Source: a virus. From it: DNA of 64,000 nt. The notes beneath the pieces are model-generated. The model did no database searches. It was given only the letters and a program-made list of their open reading frames with translations, and was not told the origin of the DNA. Numbering within the stretch: the first letter of the stretch is position 1; each line of letters starts with the position of its first letter. Below are positions 47,376-57,568 of the stretch, in pieces. Position numbers and translations under genes: made by a program. The stretch spans positions 64,001-128,000 of IMG/VR virus record IMGVR_UViG_3300032268_001605; one strand, 5' to 3'.

Positions 47376-47777
47376 CTAAATTGGTTTTTCTTCGGTCAAT
47401 TTCAGAATAAAATGTCGCTCAAAAATTTCCTCACCAAATTCTATTTCTTTTTTTGTTTTTTCTATCAGTTCGTAGAACTCTGAGAGAGTTTCTCCATAAG
47501 TCAGAACATTATCATTTCTCAGTTCTAAAAGTCTTGATACTCCTTTATATGTTTTGAGTAGAGATGAATTTTTATCAAGTACATCATCTATCAAATAATT
47601 TCTAAATTTATCCCTTGTGATGAATCTACACGGATCATACCATCTCAAATCCCCCTTATCATTTTCTATTATTAAGTAATCATCTACTGAACTATATAGA
47701 GTATATTCTTTACCAATCTTGAGAGATGAATTAAAATTTAAGATACAAATTAATTTATCACCGTTTTTAAAAACCAT
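47376..47777 (-). CDS. Hypothetical protein with SH3/KOW-like domain
   Basis: FKNGDKLICI...LKIGKEYT...IENDKG...WY...RF, then FRNYLIDDVL. Confidence 0.65.
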   Translation of the reverse strand: MVFKNGDKLICILNFNSSLKIGKEYTLYSSVDDYLIIENDKGDLRWYDPCRFITRDKFRNYLIDDVLDKNSSLLKTYKGVSRLLELRNDNVLTYGETLSEFYELIEKTKKEIEFGEEIFERHFILKLTEEKPI

Positions 47778-47849
47778 TTTTAATATATTATTTAACTTTA
47801 TTAAAATCTATTACTATAAGTTTAGTAAATTTACCTTAATTAGTCAATA

Positions 47850-49001
47850 ATGTTAGACACAAATTACATAACATCACTCTTACAACAGATTGTTGATGCA
47901 GAATTTTCCACATCAGTAGAAAGAAAAATTTTCAATCACGGTAAAAATTTGAACTTAAGATGTCCTTATTGCCATGAAGGTAGGACTAAAACTAAAAAGA
48001 GAGGTAATCTTTATTTTGACAAAATGATTTATGTTTGTTTCAGATGTGGTAAAAAAACTACACTGGATAGAATGCTCAAAGATTTCTCTCTAACTATAGA
48101 TCCCCAAAAGAAATTAGAGTTAATAAACTATCTGAATGAACAAATATCTTATCAAGATGTCGAAGATGACATATTTGACCATAAATTTGATAAGTTAATA
48201 GATTTAGGGGAAATCGAGAGAATCTTTAACGACTCTCAACACGTAATCACAGATTTTAAACCTGTTGCGGATAATAGTAAAGTCTATCAATATTTGATTT
48301 CAAGAGCTATCTCAAAAAATTTACAGAAGAATATTTGGGAAGGTAAATACTGGACAAGTTCTGATAGATGGGAACCAGTAATAATAATCTTGAACAGAAG
48401 GGGTGAAAAGGTATTAGGTGCTCAAATCAGAAACCTTAAAATCGGGAAGGCAAGACTATTCAAAATTTATAACTTTGAAACTCTTTATAAATGGGTAAAA
48501 GATGTTGAAGAAGTAACTGATATTGATATCAGTGAATTAGTCATTTATAACAAATTATCCTACTATTTCAATATTTTGAATATAAATTTCTCTGAACGAA
48601 TTACAATTTTTGAAGGTTATTTAGATTCACTTTTTTATCCGAATAGTTTAGGTGTTATTGGTGTTAATACTGATTTGAGATTTATTGAAACAAACAATTT
48701 GGATATTCAATATTTCTATGACAATGACGAGGTTGGGCATAAGAATGCTGAAACTAAAATCAGGGAAGGTAGAAGGGTTTTTTTATGGAAGAAATTATTT
48801 GAGGATATTGTCAATCAGAAAAAATCTGATGATCCATATAATCTAATGTGGAGAATCAATAAGGTTAAAGATTTGAATAAGTTGGCTGAATTAGTTCAAG
48901 AACCTTATTCTAAATTAAATTTAGAAAACTATTTCAGTTTAGATGCTTTAGACTTGAGGTGGATTCCTAAAAGGGAACGCAAATTATTTAAAAAGTTTTA
49001 A
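47850..49001 (+). CDS. DNA primase (T4 gp61-like)
   Basis: Zn finger CPYC...KKRGN...CFRCG, YLISR, TOPRIM IFEGYLDSLF and YDNDEVG, KDLN. Confidence 0.85.
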   Translation: MLDTNYITSLLQQIVDAEFSTSVERKIFNHGKNLNLRCPYCHEGRTKTKKRGNLYFDKMIYVCFRCGKKTTLDRMLKDFSLTIDPQKKLELINYLNEQISYQDVEDDIFDHKFDKLIDLGEIERIFNDSQHVITDFKPVADNSKVYQYLISRAISKNLQKNIWEGKYWTSSDRWEPVIIILNRRGEKVLGAQIRNLKIGKARLFKIYNFETLYKWVKDVEEVTDIDISELVIYNKLSYYFNILNINFSERITIFEGYLDSLFYPNSLGVIGVNTDLRFIETNNLDIQYFYDNDEVGHKNAETKIREGRRVFLWKKLFEDIVNQKKSDDPYNLMWRINKVKDLNKLAELVQEPYSKLNLENYFSLDALDLRWIPKRERKLFKKF

Positions 49002-49465
49002 ACGAATGGACATTTCTCATTTTTGAAGTTTGGATTCTTAAGTCTTAGATATGTAAGAAAATCCAAATTTCCCCTTTCATTATTACATTTTTTACACACC
49101 ACGATTAAATTCAATTGATTATTATTTCCCCCCTTAGATATTGGAACGATGTGGTCCGCTGAGGCATTTTCGTGATTTAATTTACATTCACAATAAATAC
49201 ATTTTGAATTTATATTCTTGTCTACAAAAGATTTAGAAAACCCCTTCGTTCTTCTTCTTATTTTTTTATCGATTTTTTTAACACCGACAACCACAACATT
49301 TTTATAAAATTTATATTTTTGTCTGTAAAAGCAACAGGTTTTATAAAAGGGATTAAAAAAAACCAAAATTTTAATTAATGGCCACCATCTCTTGTAGAGA
49401 TTATGTTCTATGAATAAATAATGTTCTTCATTGGAAAATAATAGATTCTTAAGGTTAGATAGCAT
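48998..49465 (-). CDS. HNH endonuclease
   Basis: CIYCE...ADHIVPISKGG.N...NL.VVCKKCNNERG. Confidence 0.85.
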   Translation of the reverse strand: MLSNLKNLLFSNEEHYLFIEHNLYKRWWPLIKILVFFNPFYKTCCFYRQKYKFYKNVVVVGVKKIDKKIRRRTKGFSKSFVDKNINSKCIYCECKLNHENASADHIVPISKGGNNNQLNLIVVCKKCNNERGNLDFLTYLRLKNPNFKNEKCPFV

Positions 49466-49521
49466 TTTTTGAATTAGTACACTTTTTCATAATAATATAT
49501 AAAAAAAATAATTATTTGTTT

Positions 49522-49821
49522 ATGAAACCAAATATGTCAAAATTTAGTTGGCCTGAGCTTTTCGCAAATAGTGATGGTAAAACATCAGGTTCAGGTTTTG
49601 CTGGTGTAGTAATCTGCATGGTAGGTACACTTTGTTTTTTACTTGGATGTATTGATAAAATGTTTATATCTAAAGGTATAGATATTATCACACAGTCGAT
49701 AGTTTTTGTTGGTATTGGTGCTACACTTCTTGGTGCACGTAAACTATTAGCAAAAAAACCTGAAAATGTAGTAGAACCAACTCCAGAACCTGTAAGTAAC
49801 ACTCAACAAATTAATTCTTAA
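49522..49821 (+). CDS. Small two-TM membrane protein (holin-like candidate)
   Basis: NSDGKTSGSGF followed by two hydrophobic helices. Confidence 0.55.
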   Translation: MKPNMSKFSWPELFANSDGKTSGSGFAGVVICMVGTLCFLLGCIDKMFISKGIDIITQSIVFVGIGATLLGARKLLAKKPENVVEPTPEPVSNTQQINS

Positions 49822-49858
49822 ATAAAAACCTCTCTTGATATCAAGAGAGGTTTTTATT
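49821..49858. terminator. Bidirectional terminator (perfect 38-bp palindrome)
   Basis: AATAAAAACCTCTCTTGAT|ATCAAGAGAGGTTTTTATT. Confidence 0.85.
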
Positions 49859-50469
49859 TAATTATAATTTATTTTTATTAAGTCGTTATCGAATGAAACA
49901 TAATTAACTCTTTCTAATTTAAGAAGTTTGGATTCCAATTTAAACATCTCGGATGTTTCAATCCCTTGATGTTGTATAATTATATTCTTAGATATATTTC
50001 TTGTAATTCGAATATCACTAATCAGTAAATCAAATTTTTCTACAACCTCAATAATATCTTCTTCGAACGAACCTTCTACATCGACTATTTCTTCTTCTAA
50101 TTCAACTTCTGGTAATCCCTGTAGATATTCTCTATCCATCTGTTTTTTCGCAATAGTATTATAAATATCCTCAGCGATGTTTTCAATATTTGATATTCTT
50201 TCAATAAAGTGTGATTTATTATCTGTTGGGTTAACACTATATTTCCAAGATATTAAGTCTGACTCTAAATCTTTTTTCTCGATTATGACTAGTGACTTAG
50301 CCATTCTATGTGAATTTGACTCCAGTAGATTTTGGAATATACCTTCAGATTTAATCTCAAAGAAATATTTATTGAAATGGGTTCTTTCGTTAATTGTTAC
50401 ATTTGAAAATAATTCTTTTAAATCATAGTCGATTTTATTTATATTGGATTTGATAGTTTGATTGAACAT
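49858..50469 (-). CDS. Hypothetical protein
   Basis: 203-aa ORF, TATATA motif upstream. Confidence 0.7.
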   Translation of the reverse strand: MFNQTIKSNINKIDYDLKELFSNVTINERTHFNKYFFEIKSEGIFQNLLESNSHRMAKSLVIIEKKDLESDLISWKYSVNPTDNKSHFIERISNIENIAEDIYNTIAKKQMDREYLQGLPEVELEEEIVDVEGSFEEDIIEVVEKFDLLISDIRITRNISKNIIIQHQGIETSEMFKLESKLLKLERVNYVSFDNDLIKINYN

Positions 50470-50508
50470 ACTCTAAATATTATTTTTATTATCTATATAT
50501 AAAATTTT

Positions 50509-51660
50509 TTAAAGTATACTTTCATCTAATTTTGCAGAATAGGAATTTGAATTACAAAACTTGTCCCATTCAGAATCTTGAATAAATCCGAGTTTAATAA
50601 ACTTGTTGACTAATACCGCCCAAATCATCTCACCAATATAGAAGAGTTTACCTTCATCTATCTTTAGATTTAAATCACTCATACAATCTAAAAGTTCAGT
50701 AGGTAAATTTTCGAAATCGGTAACTTCAACGAATTCACCATCTATTTTTTGAGCTAATCTAATTTGAAACTGACCCTCTTCAAATAGTTTCATAAATGCT
50801 TCACCATTGATTCCTTTTACTTTATCTACTTTTGATTTAATCAATTCATAGATTTCTTTTTCTAAAACTATCTCTTCATTTAGTCTTTGGGAAACATTGA
50901 AGTAATATCCATTTTCTGGTGCGATTGGCTGTAGAGTGTCCAATCTAGATTCTAAAAGTCTAATTTCAGAAGTAAATTCTTCGACTTTAGATTCTGCAAA
51001 TTTTTTATCCCTTCCATATTTCAATAGGTTAGACTTCGAATTTTCTAAATCACTTTTTAATTTTTTAATTTTCTCTTCTTTCAATTTACTGAACTGATCT
51101 TCTAAGAAGACATTGTGGTTGAGTGCATTTGAATTATCTTCTTCTTTAGACTCTACAACTTCATCTGATTCATATTCGTCTATACCCTCATCGACTATAT
51201 CATCAAAGAGTGACATAAGCTCATCGAGTTTATTCATTTGACTTTGGGAAACTTCAACTTCTTCATCAAAAATTGAAGATAGTTTTTCTATTGGTGTTGT
51301 ATATTCAACTGCTAGATATAGTGATATTTTTTTACCACTTACTTCCGATATTGAAGTAAATTCTAATTCTTTTACAACCATTCTTTTTCTAAAGGGGGTG
51401 ATTGTTTTTTCAAGAATAACATCAAGTAGTCTCTCTCTTTGTTCTTTTGAGTTGGTTTGATTTTCTGTGTCGGAAAAATCGACTGTACCATCCTCATAAA
51501 TTTTTAGTTTAAATGTTTGATTCTCAAATCCAAGTCCTGATAGTAATTTACCGGAAATAAGCGCTTCAGTAGAAATAAAATTGATATTACCTTTAGCACC
51601 AATAAATTCTATAAATTTTTCTTTTGGTTTGAATTCACCTGTTTTTTTGATTTGTTCCAT
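50509..51660 (-). CDS. Hypothetical protein with central coiled coil
   Basis: Likely start MEQIKK at 51660. Confidence 0.7.
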   Translation of the reverse strand: MEQIKKTGEFKPKEKFIEFIGAKGNINFISTEALISGKLLSGLGFENQTFKLKIYEDGTVDFSDTENQTNSKEQRERLLDVILEKTITPFRKRMVVKELEFTSISEVSGKKISLYLAVEYTTPIEKLSSIFDEEVEVSQSQMNKLDELMSLFDDIVDEGIDEYESDEVVESKEEDNSNALNHNVFLEDQFSKLKEEKIKKLKSDLENSKSNLLKYGRDKKFAESKVEEFTSEIRLLESRLDTLQPIAPENGYYFNVSQRLNEEIVLEKEIYELIKSKVDKVKGINGEAFMKLFEEGQFQIRLAQKIDGEFVEVTDFENLPTELLDCMSDLNLKIDEGKLFYIGEMIWAVLVNKFIKLGFIQDSEWDKFCNSNSYSAKLDESIL

Positions 51661-51759
51661 TTTTTTAATTGAATTATTATGTAAATATAAGTATTTTTTT
51701 GATAGAATCAAATGTTTTTAATATATAATTATGAAAAAACTTGAAATTTCCTGAAAATT

Positions 51760-52905
51760 ATGAATATAAAACACAAAGTAATACAAGACTATCAATTTAT
51801 CACTGAAGATAAAAAAATTATAGTTTTAAAAACTAATACTATTTTAGAAAACTATACTTATACACCAAAAGGTTCCAGTGATTCCATTAAAATTGAAAAA
51901 GAAATCATAGAAAACAATACTTCTTTTTTTAAATCAGTTGATTGGAAAGAAGAATTACATTCGTTTATCAAGACGAATAAAATACCGCAACCTGCTATTC
52001 TTGCTAAAAAAATTGCACCTTTCATCGAGGATATGTTTATTGCAAATCAGCCAAAAGTTGAGCAGAAGCAGGAAATAATTAATACCATTTCAGAAGAAGA
52101 AATTAAATTCAAAGAGAGTCAATTGGATGCAAAATCAAAAAGACTTGATCTTCTAGAAAAACAATTATTAGAGGAACAACAAAAAATGTCCGACAAAGAA
52201 TTAGAATTTTTGAGAAAAGAAAAAAATTACTCAGAAAAACTAAAGGGTATAGAATCCAATAACTTCACTGAAATGAAGTTGAATAAGGATTTAGAAGACT
52301 TACAGAAAAAACATTTAGAGTTATTGACGAAAGAAAAAGAACTATTTGAAAAGGAGACTAAATTAGAAATGCTCGAAATCAAAGAAAGAAAAATTCAGCA
52401 GGAACAAAACGATTTAAATATAAAGATTGATGAACTAAATAAAAGAGAAAAGGAATTTAAACTGAAAGAATCTCAGTTTAAAGATATAGACATTGATGAT
52501 TTAGCATATAAGGAAATAAATCTTGAGACTCTTGCAAAAAAGTTAGAATTAAAAGAAAAACAATTAGCAAAAGACTTAGATGAAGTAAAAACAAAAGAAT
52601 TCTTCTTACTGAGTCAAGAAAAGATGCTTACACAAAAAGACTCAGAGCTAAAGAAATTGCAGGTTGACTTAACAAAGAAGGAATCAGACTTGAACGATGA
52701 AGAAATAAATTTATTGGAACTATCAAATAGATTAGAAAAAACGGAATTAGACATGAAGTCAAAATGGGACAGATACGTTAGTGTTGAAGCAATTGAACAG
52801 ATATTAGAAACTGAGAAAAAAATAAATTTCAATGAACCTTCATATGAAACTATTTTCATACCAAGGGTGAGAAAAATATTGATATCAGCCAAGCAGTTGT
52901 CTTGA
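51760..52905 (+). CDS. Long coiled-coil protein
   Basis: K/E/L heptad-rich residues about 110-340. Confidence 0.75.
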   Translation: MNIKHKVIQDYQFITEDKKIIVLKTNTILENYTYTPKGSSDSIKIEKEIIENNTSFFKSVDWKEELHSFIKTNKIPQPAILAKKIAPFIEDMFIANQPKVEQKQEIINTISEEEIKFKESQLDAKSKRLDLLEKQLLEEQQKMSDKELEFLRKEKNYSEKLKGIESNNFTEMKLNKDLEDLQKKHLELLTKEKELFEKETKLEMLEIKERKIQQEQNDLNIKIDELNKREKEFKLKESQFKDIDIDDLAYKEINLETLAKKLELKEKQLAKDLDEVKTKEFFLLSQEKMLTQKDSELKKLQVDLTKKESDLNDEEINLLELSNRLEKTELDMKSKWDRYVSVEAIEQILETEKKINFNEPSYETIFIPRVRKILISAKQLS

Positions 52906-53223
52906 AAATTTATCTCTGAACTTTATCAAATTAAATAACTTTTCTAAGTTGTATTCTTGAAAATTATCTTTTTTACTAATTCTTAATATTAATTCGAAAT
53001 CAGAGATTCTTTTTTTGCAAACCAAATTATGTGCCGTTAGAAATTTAAATCTTGGCTCATTTTCAGATAAGTTTTGTAATAAATTTTGGAATTTAGAAAT
53101 TTTATTACTAAGTTCTAAAATTACTTCGTCTATATCCCAATTATTCTTAATGTAGGAGGATATTTGTGTATCGATATGAGAAAAACACACCTTAGATTTA
53201 TCATCATTTTTTAGAAAATTCAT
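52885..53223 (-). CDS. Hypothetical protein
   Basis: 112-aa ORF in an operon with the rhomboid and topoisomerase genes. Confidence 0.65.
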   Translation of the reverse strand: MNFLKNDDKSKVCFSHIDTQISSYIKNNWDIDEVILELSNKISKFQNLLQNLSENEPRFKFLTAHNLVCKKRISDFELILRISKKDNFQEYNLEKLFNLIKFRDKFSRQLLG

Positions 53224-53228
53224 AAATT

Positions 53229-53780
53229 TTATTTTTTCACTTGATTATTTAATAAGTAAGTAAGTAAAGCTGACAGAGACCCCCCTATATGCGCCCAATA
53301 GGCAATGTTATCAGCATTGGATAATATTATACAGAAAATATCAGACAACACAAAGGCAAAAACAAAAAACTTTATAAACCATGATCTAGATAATAGTGCA
53401 GCTAATACTGAGATTCCCATTACTGAACCAGATGCCCCTATTAGCGGCAATTGACTTGGTGATAATAATAAATGCGTAATTCCAGCGAAAACACCAAATA
53501 TTAAAAAATTATATAGAAGAATTGGATATTTATAATTTTTCTCTATGCTGGTGGCAAAATAAATTAAAAAACACATATTGAAATAGAGGTGGTCAACATT
53601 TGCGTGTAGAAACTGATAAGTTAGCAGTTGATGTGGCGAAAAAAGACCCGAATCTAATTTCCAAGCTGAAAAATAGTAAAAATAATTCAAATCAACTTGA
53701 TTTGAAAAGCAAAAAATAATTATATTTAACAAGACTAGTATTATAGTCTGTTTATAATTTCTAATTAATTTGAATATCAT
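53229..53780 (-). CDS. Rhomboid intramembrane serine protease
   Basis: TYQFLHA...HLYFNM, IGASG (Ser), AHIGG (His), multiple TM helices. Confidence 0.9.
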   Translation of the reverse strand: MIFKLIRNYKQTIILVLLNIIIFCFSNQVDLNYFYYFSAWKLDSGLFSPHQLLTYQFLHANVDHLYFNMCFLIYFATSIEKNYKYPILLYNFLIFGVFAGITHLLLSPSQLPLIGASGSVMGISVLAALLSRSWFIKFFVFAFVLSDIFCIILSNADNIAYWAHIGGSLSALLTYLLNNQVKK

Positions 53781-53828
53781 GTGAGGAATTACTTTACAAA
53801 TATACTAAAAAATTTTGAATAAAAAAAC

Positions 53829-55169
53829 TTATTTTAGTTTTTTCTTTAGTTCAACCAAATCTGATTTATACATATCTCGAGATTCAGTTTTCTGAACACT
53901 CTCAATTTCTAACTTTTTATTCTTATAATCTTCTTTGAGTTTATCATATAACTCTTTTGTTAGTGAATAAATAGGCATTCTTAAAAGATAATCGTAACTA
54001 TCATCAATTTTGTCTATTCCTAAAGATTCAATCTCTGAAACAATCTTAGTCTTTGTGACATTTTTAATTTCAATTTTACCTTCAAGTATTGCTCGAATAA
54101 ATTTACCTTTATTAGATAATACTCCTAATTCACTATTGAGTTTATTTAGAATATATTCTTTTCTCTTAACATAATATTCTAATCTGAAATTAACAAAATA
54201 AGAAATAATTTCTGATGAGCTTTCGAAAATCTTAAGGCTTCCACTTTCATCTAATGTCGTAAAAATTTCAGTAGATGATTCTTCAAGTTTCAATAACTTA
54301 ATTAATTTTTCCTCATCAAGAGTAGAAAGTGACTCTCTGGTGAATTTAATTGTATAGTCAATATTATCTTTGCAATTATCATCATATGAAACAATAGTCT
54401 TACTATCAAGTAATGAATCTAAAATAGCTTCATACTTTTCAAATGTCATAGAAGGTGGCAATTCTGTTATCTTTACCGTAGTGGTATTAACTATTTGAAC
54501 TCTACCTCTGATAATCCATTTTTTGGGATTATTTTCATCTTGAATATAGTCACCTTTGAAAAAATTATTGAATGGTTTAACATCAGATATTTTCCTACCA
54601 GATAGAGCAAGTAAACAAGCGTCAACTACTTCTCTTGGATTTCTATTTAAAATATTTGAAGAAAAACCAACTGCAATTCCAGAAGAACCATTTATCAAGA
54701 CGGTTGGGATGATTGGTAAAAAGTAATTTGGCTCAATTATCTCTCCTTCCTCTTCTTTGAAATTAAGTAGTTCAAAGTCTTTATATAAATGTCTGAAATT
54801 ACTATTTAGTTTTGTACCAATGTATCTGGCAGCGCCGGGCTCTGGTGAACGAAGTGATCCGAATTGTCCGATTTCCTCTAAAAGAGGCATATTGTTTTTG
54901 AAACTCTGAGCCATTGTGATAATGGCATTTTCAAGACTAGCGTTTCCGTGATGATAGAATGCTTTATCTGCTACTAATCCCGCTAATTGAAAAACTTTTT
55001 TTGTTTTTTCATCACTATTCTTCCAAAGTTGATTGGATATGTGTATTATTTTTCTTTGTACAGGTTTGAACCCATCAACTAATGAGGGAATCGCACGATT
55101 CTCAATCGTGTACATAGCAAAATCTTTGTATTCATTCGATAAAAAGTCTGTAATTGATTTCTGTGACAT
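53829..55169 (-). CDS. Type IIA topoisomerase, medium subunit (T4 gp52/GyrA-like)
   Basis: RAIP..VDGFKPVQRK, YHHG, GQFGS...AARY (catalytic Tyr), NGSSGIAVGF. Confidence 0.95.
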   Translation of the reverse strand: MSQKSITDFLSNEYKDFAMYTIENRAIPSLVDGFKPVQRKIIHISNQLWKNSDEKTKKVFQLAGLVADKAFYHHGNASLENAIITMAQSFKNNMPLLEEIGQFGSLRSPEPGAARYIGTKLNSNFRHLYKDFELLNFKEEEGEIIEPNYFLPIIPTVLINGSSGIAVGFSSNILNRNPREVVDACLLALSGRKISDVKPFNNFFKGDYIQDENNPKKWIIRGRVQIVNTTTVKITELPPSMTFEKYEAILDSLLDSKTIVSYDDNCKDNIDYTIKFTRESLSTLDEEKLIKLLKLEESSTEIFTTLDESGSLKIFESSSEIISYFVNFRLEYYVKRKEYILNKLNSELGVLSNKGKFIRAILEGKIEIKNVTKTKIVSEIESLGIDKIDDSYDYLLRMPIYSLTKELYDKLKEDYKNKKLEIESVQKTESRDMYKSDLVELKKKLK

Positions 55170-55299
55170 TTTTTTTTCAATCCTTTGAAATTATATATGG
55201 ATAAGACTTATTCTTGTTTTAGATTATTTTTCTAAACCTTTCTTATGAAAAGTCAAAAAAGATATATAGATAAAAAAATGAATATAATTTTAGACACAG

Positions 55300-57144
55300 A
55301 TGAAAGATAAAAGCATAGAAGAAAAATACAAAAAGTTAACAGACATTGAACATATACTACTTCGTCCTGGTATGTATATTTCATCAACCAAGCCAACAAT
55401 CGGATATAAATGGTTGGTAGAAGATAATAAAATGATTTTCAGAGAAGTTACCCATGTAAATGGTTTTTTAAAGCTTTTTGACGAAATTCTGATGAATAGT
55501 GTAGATGAATCAAAAAGAGAAGGTTCTCAATTAAATACAATTAAGGTTTCAATAAACGAAAATGAAATATCTGTCTGGGATAACGGTGGTATAGTTGTCG
55601 CAGAACATAAAGAGCAGAATATGTGGGTTCCGGAAATGTTATTCTCGGAGACAAAATCGGGATCGAATTTCGATGAAACTGAAGATAGAACTTGGAGTGG
55701 AACAAATGGTATAGGATCGGTTTGCGTAAATATTTTTTCAAAAAAATTTACAGTCTCAACCTGTGATGGTAAAAAAAGTTTTCTTCAAACTTTTTCAAAC
55801 AATATGATGGAGAGAACTAAACCTGTAGTTAAAAAATCTAAGACTAATCATACACAGATTACTTATCTTCCAGACTATGAGAGATTCGGCATGACAGGAT
55901 TAGATGAGTCTCATTTTCAATTGATTCAAAAAAGAGTTATTGATATTGCAGGGTGTAATCCAAGTCTACAAGTTTTCTTCAATGATGAAGAAATAAAAAT
56001 AAAATCTTTTCAAGATTATATAAAATTCTATAAAACGGATTTCTATTTTGAAACTACCAGTGATAGGAGTTGGAGCGCTGCGATTGCCGCTTCAAGTGAT
56101 GGATTTCAACAAATTAGTTTTGCTAATTCAACCGAAACTTGGGATGGCGGTACACACGTTGATTATGTGATGAGTCAAATTATAGTGCAAATAAGAGAAT
56201 TTTTCCAAAAGAAACACAAAGTGGATATAAAACCATCTGAAATAAAGAATCATATTTCAATCTATATCAATTCTACAATTATTAATCCGAGTTTTTCCTC
56301 ACAAACTAAAGAAAAACTAATTACAGAGGTTAAAGATTTTGGACACACATTTGAAGTATCGGAAAAATTAATTAAGTGGATTCTGAAATCAGAAATAGTT
56401 GATTCTATTCTAGATTGGATACAGAAGAAAAAGAGTGCTGATGAGTCTAAATTAACAAGAGAATTGAATAAAAACTTGAGTAAAATTAAGGTTGAGAAAC
56501 TCATTGATGCCAAAGCTAAAGAAAGATGGAAGTGTAGTCTTAGTATATTTGAGGGTGATTCAGCAGCCGCTAGCTTTAGAAAGTATAGAGATACTAATAC
56601 ACAAGGCGCTTTCTCACTTAGAGGTAAGTTTATAAATGCTGCAGAAATAACAACTCAAAAGCTAACACAAAATAATGAAGTAATCAACTTGATGGCTGCT
56701 TTAGGTTTAAAATTAGGACAGAAGGCTAACTTAACAAATATGAGATTCGGTAGAATTTTATTTTTCTGTGATGCTGATTTTGATGGATCATCTATCGTTG
56801 GACTTCTTTTGAATTTTTTTTATAAGTTCTGGCCTGAATTATTTGATAACCCAATCATATTCAAGGCTGAAACACCAATAGTCGTGGTTAAGAACACTAA
56901 AACTAAAAAGAAAACCTCTTTTTACTCACAAGAAGAATATGAAAAATGGTTACAAAAAATAGATCCAAAAGTATACGAAATAGAATATAAAAAGGGTTTA
57001 GCAGCTCTTGTTGATGATGAGTACTCAGAAATTATACAAAATCCTATCTTAACAAGAATTACATCTGATGATATTTCAAAAGATAGTTTGAACATATGGT
57101 TCGGAAAAGACTCCGAACTAAGAAAAAAAGAAATGTTAAAATAA
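55300..57144 (+). CDS. Type IIA topoisomerase, large subunit (unsplit gp39+gp60/GyrB-like)
   Basis: EHILLRPGMYI, DEIL.NSVDE, DNGG, GTNGIG, FSSQTKE, EGDSA, LRGK, DADFDG, YKKGL. Confidence 0.95.
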   Translation: MKDKSIEEKYKKLTDIEHILLRPGMYISSTKPTIGYKWLVEDNKMIFREVTHVNGFLKLFDEILMNSVDESKREGSQLNTIKVSINENEISVWDNGGIVVAEHKEQNMWVPEMLFSETKSGSNFDETEDRTWSGTNGIGSVCVNIFSKKFTVSTCDGKKSFLQTFSNNMMERTKPVVKKSKTNHTQITYLPDYERFGMTGLDESHFQLIQKRVIDIAGCNPSLQVFFNDEEIKIKSFQDYIKFYKTDFYFETTSDRSWSAAIAASSDGFQQISFANSTETWDGGTHVDYVMSQIIVQIREFFQKKHKVDIKPSEIKNHISIYINSTIINPSFSSQTKEKLITEVKDFGHTFEVSEKLIKWILKSEIVDSILDWIQKKKSADESKLTRELNKNLSKIKVEKLIDAKAKERWKCSLSIFEGDSAAASFRKYRDTNTQGAFSLRGKFINAAEITTQKLTQNNEVINLMAALGLKLGQKANLTNMRFGRILFFCDADFDGSSIVGLLLNFFYKFWPELFDNPIIFKAETPIVVVKNTKTKKKTSFYSQEEYEKWLQKIDPKVYEIEYKKGLAALVDDEYSEIIQNPILTRITSDDISKDSLNIWFGKDSELRKKEMLK

Positions 57145-57548
57145 TGCCCATACAACATCGCTTTTCGAAACTCTATAAAGACAGAGTAACACTGATTTAT
57201 AATGATCTCGAATACAAAGAATTATTTGTAGACTCTTTTGAAATTAAAATTGATGAGGAGAATTCCAAAAAAAGATTTTATATAAAAACAAATGCTGATT
57301 ATTTAGAAGACTATAATTTTGGTGATATCGAATATATTGTAGTTGATACTGCCACAGATGAAGAAATAAAGGTAAGAAAAATCGCTAAAGTAAAACTCTT
57401 GCTATATAATGAGTTTTCCGAGATTCAAACAAATAGTCATATAAATTTAAAATTTAATATAATTGATTTTGAAATCCAAGAATTCGACTTGATTCTACCT
57501 ATAGTTTCCTTAATAAGAGACCTAAAGATAAATAAAATTGATGAATAG
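57144..57548 (+). CDS. Hypothetical protein
   Basis: TAATG coupling to the topoisomerase gene; ends IRDLKINKIDE. Confidence 0.7.
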   Translation: MPIQHRFSKLYKDRVTLIYNDLEYKELFVDSFEIKIDEENSKKRFYIKTNADYLEDYNFGDIEYIVVDTATDEEIKVRKIAKVKLLLYNEFSEIQTNSHINLKFNIIDFEIQEFDLILPIVSLIRDLKINKIDE

Positions 57549-57568
57549 AAATTTTAATATATAGATTT

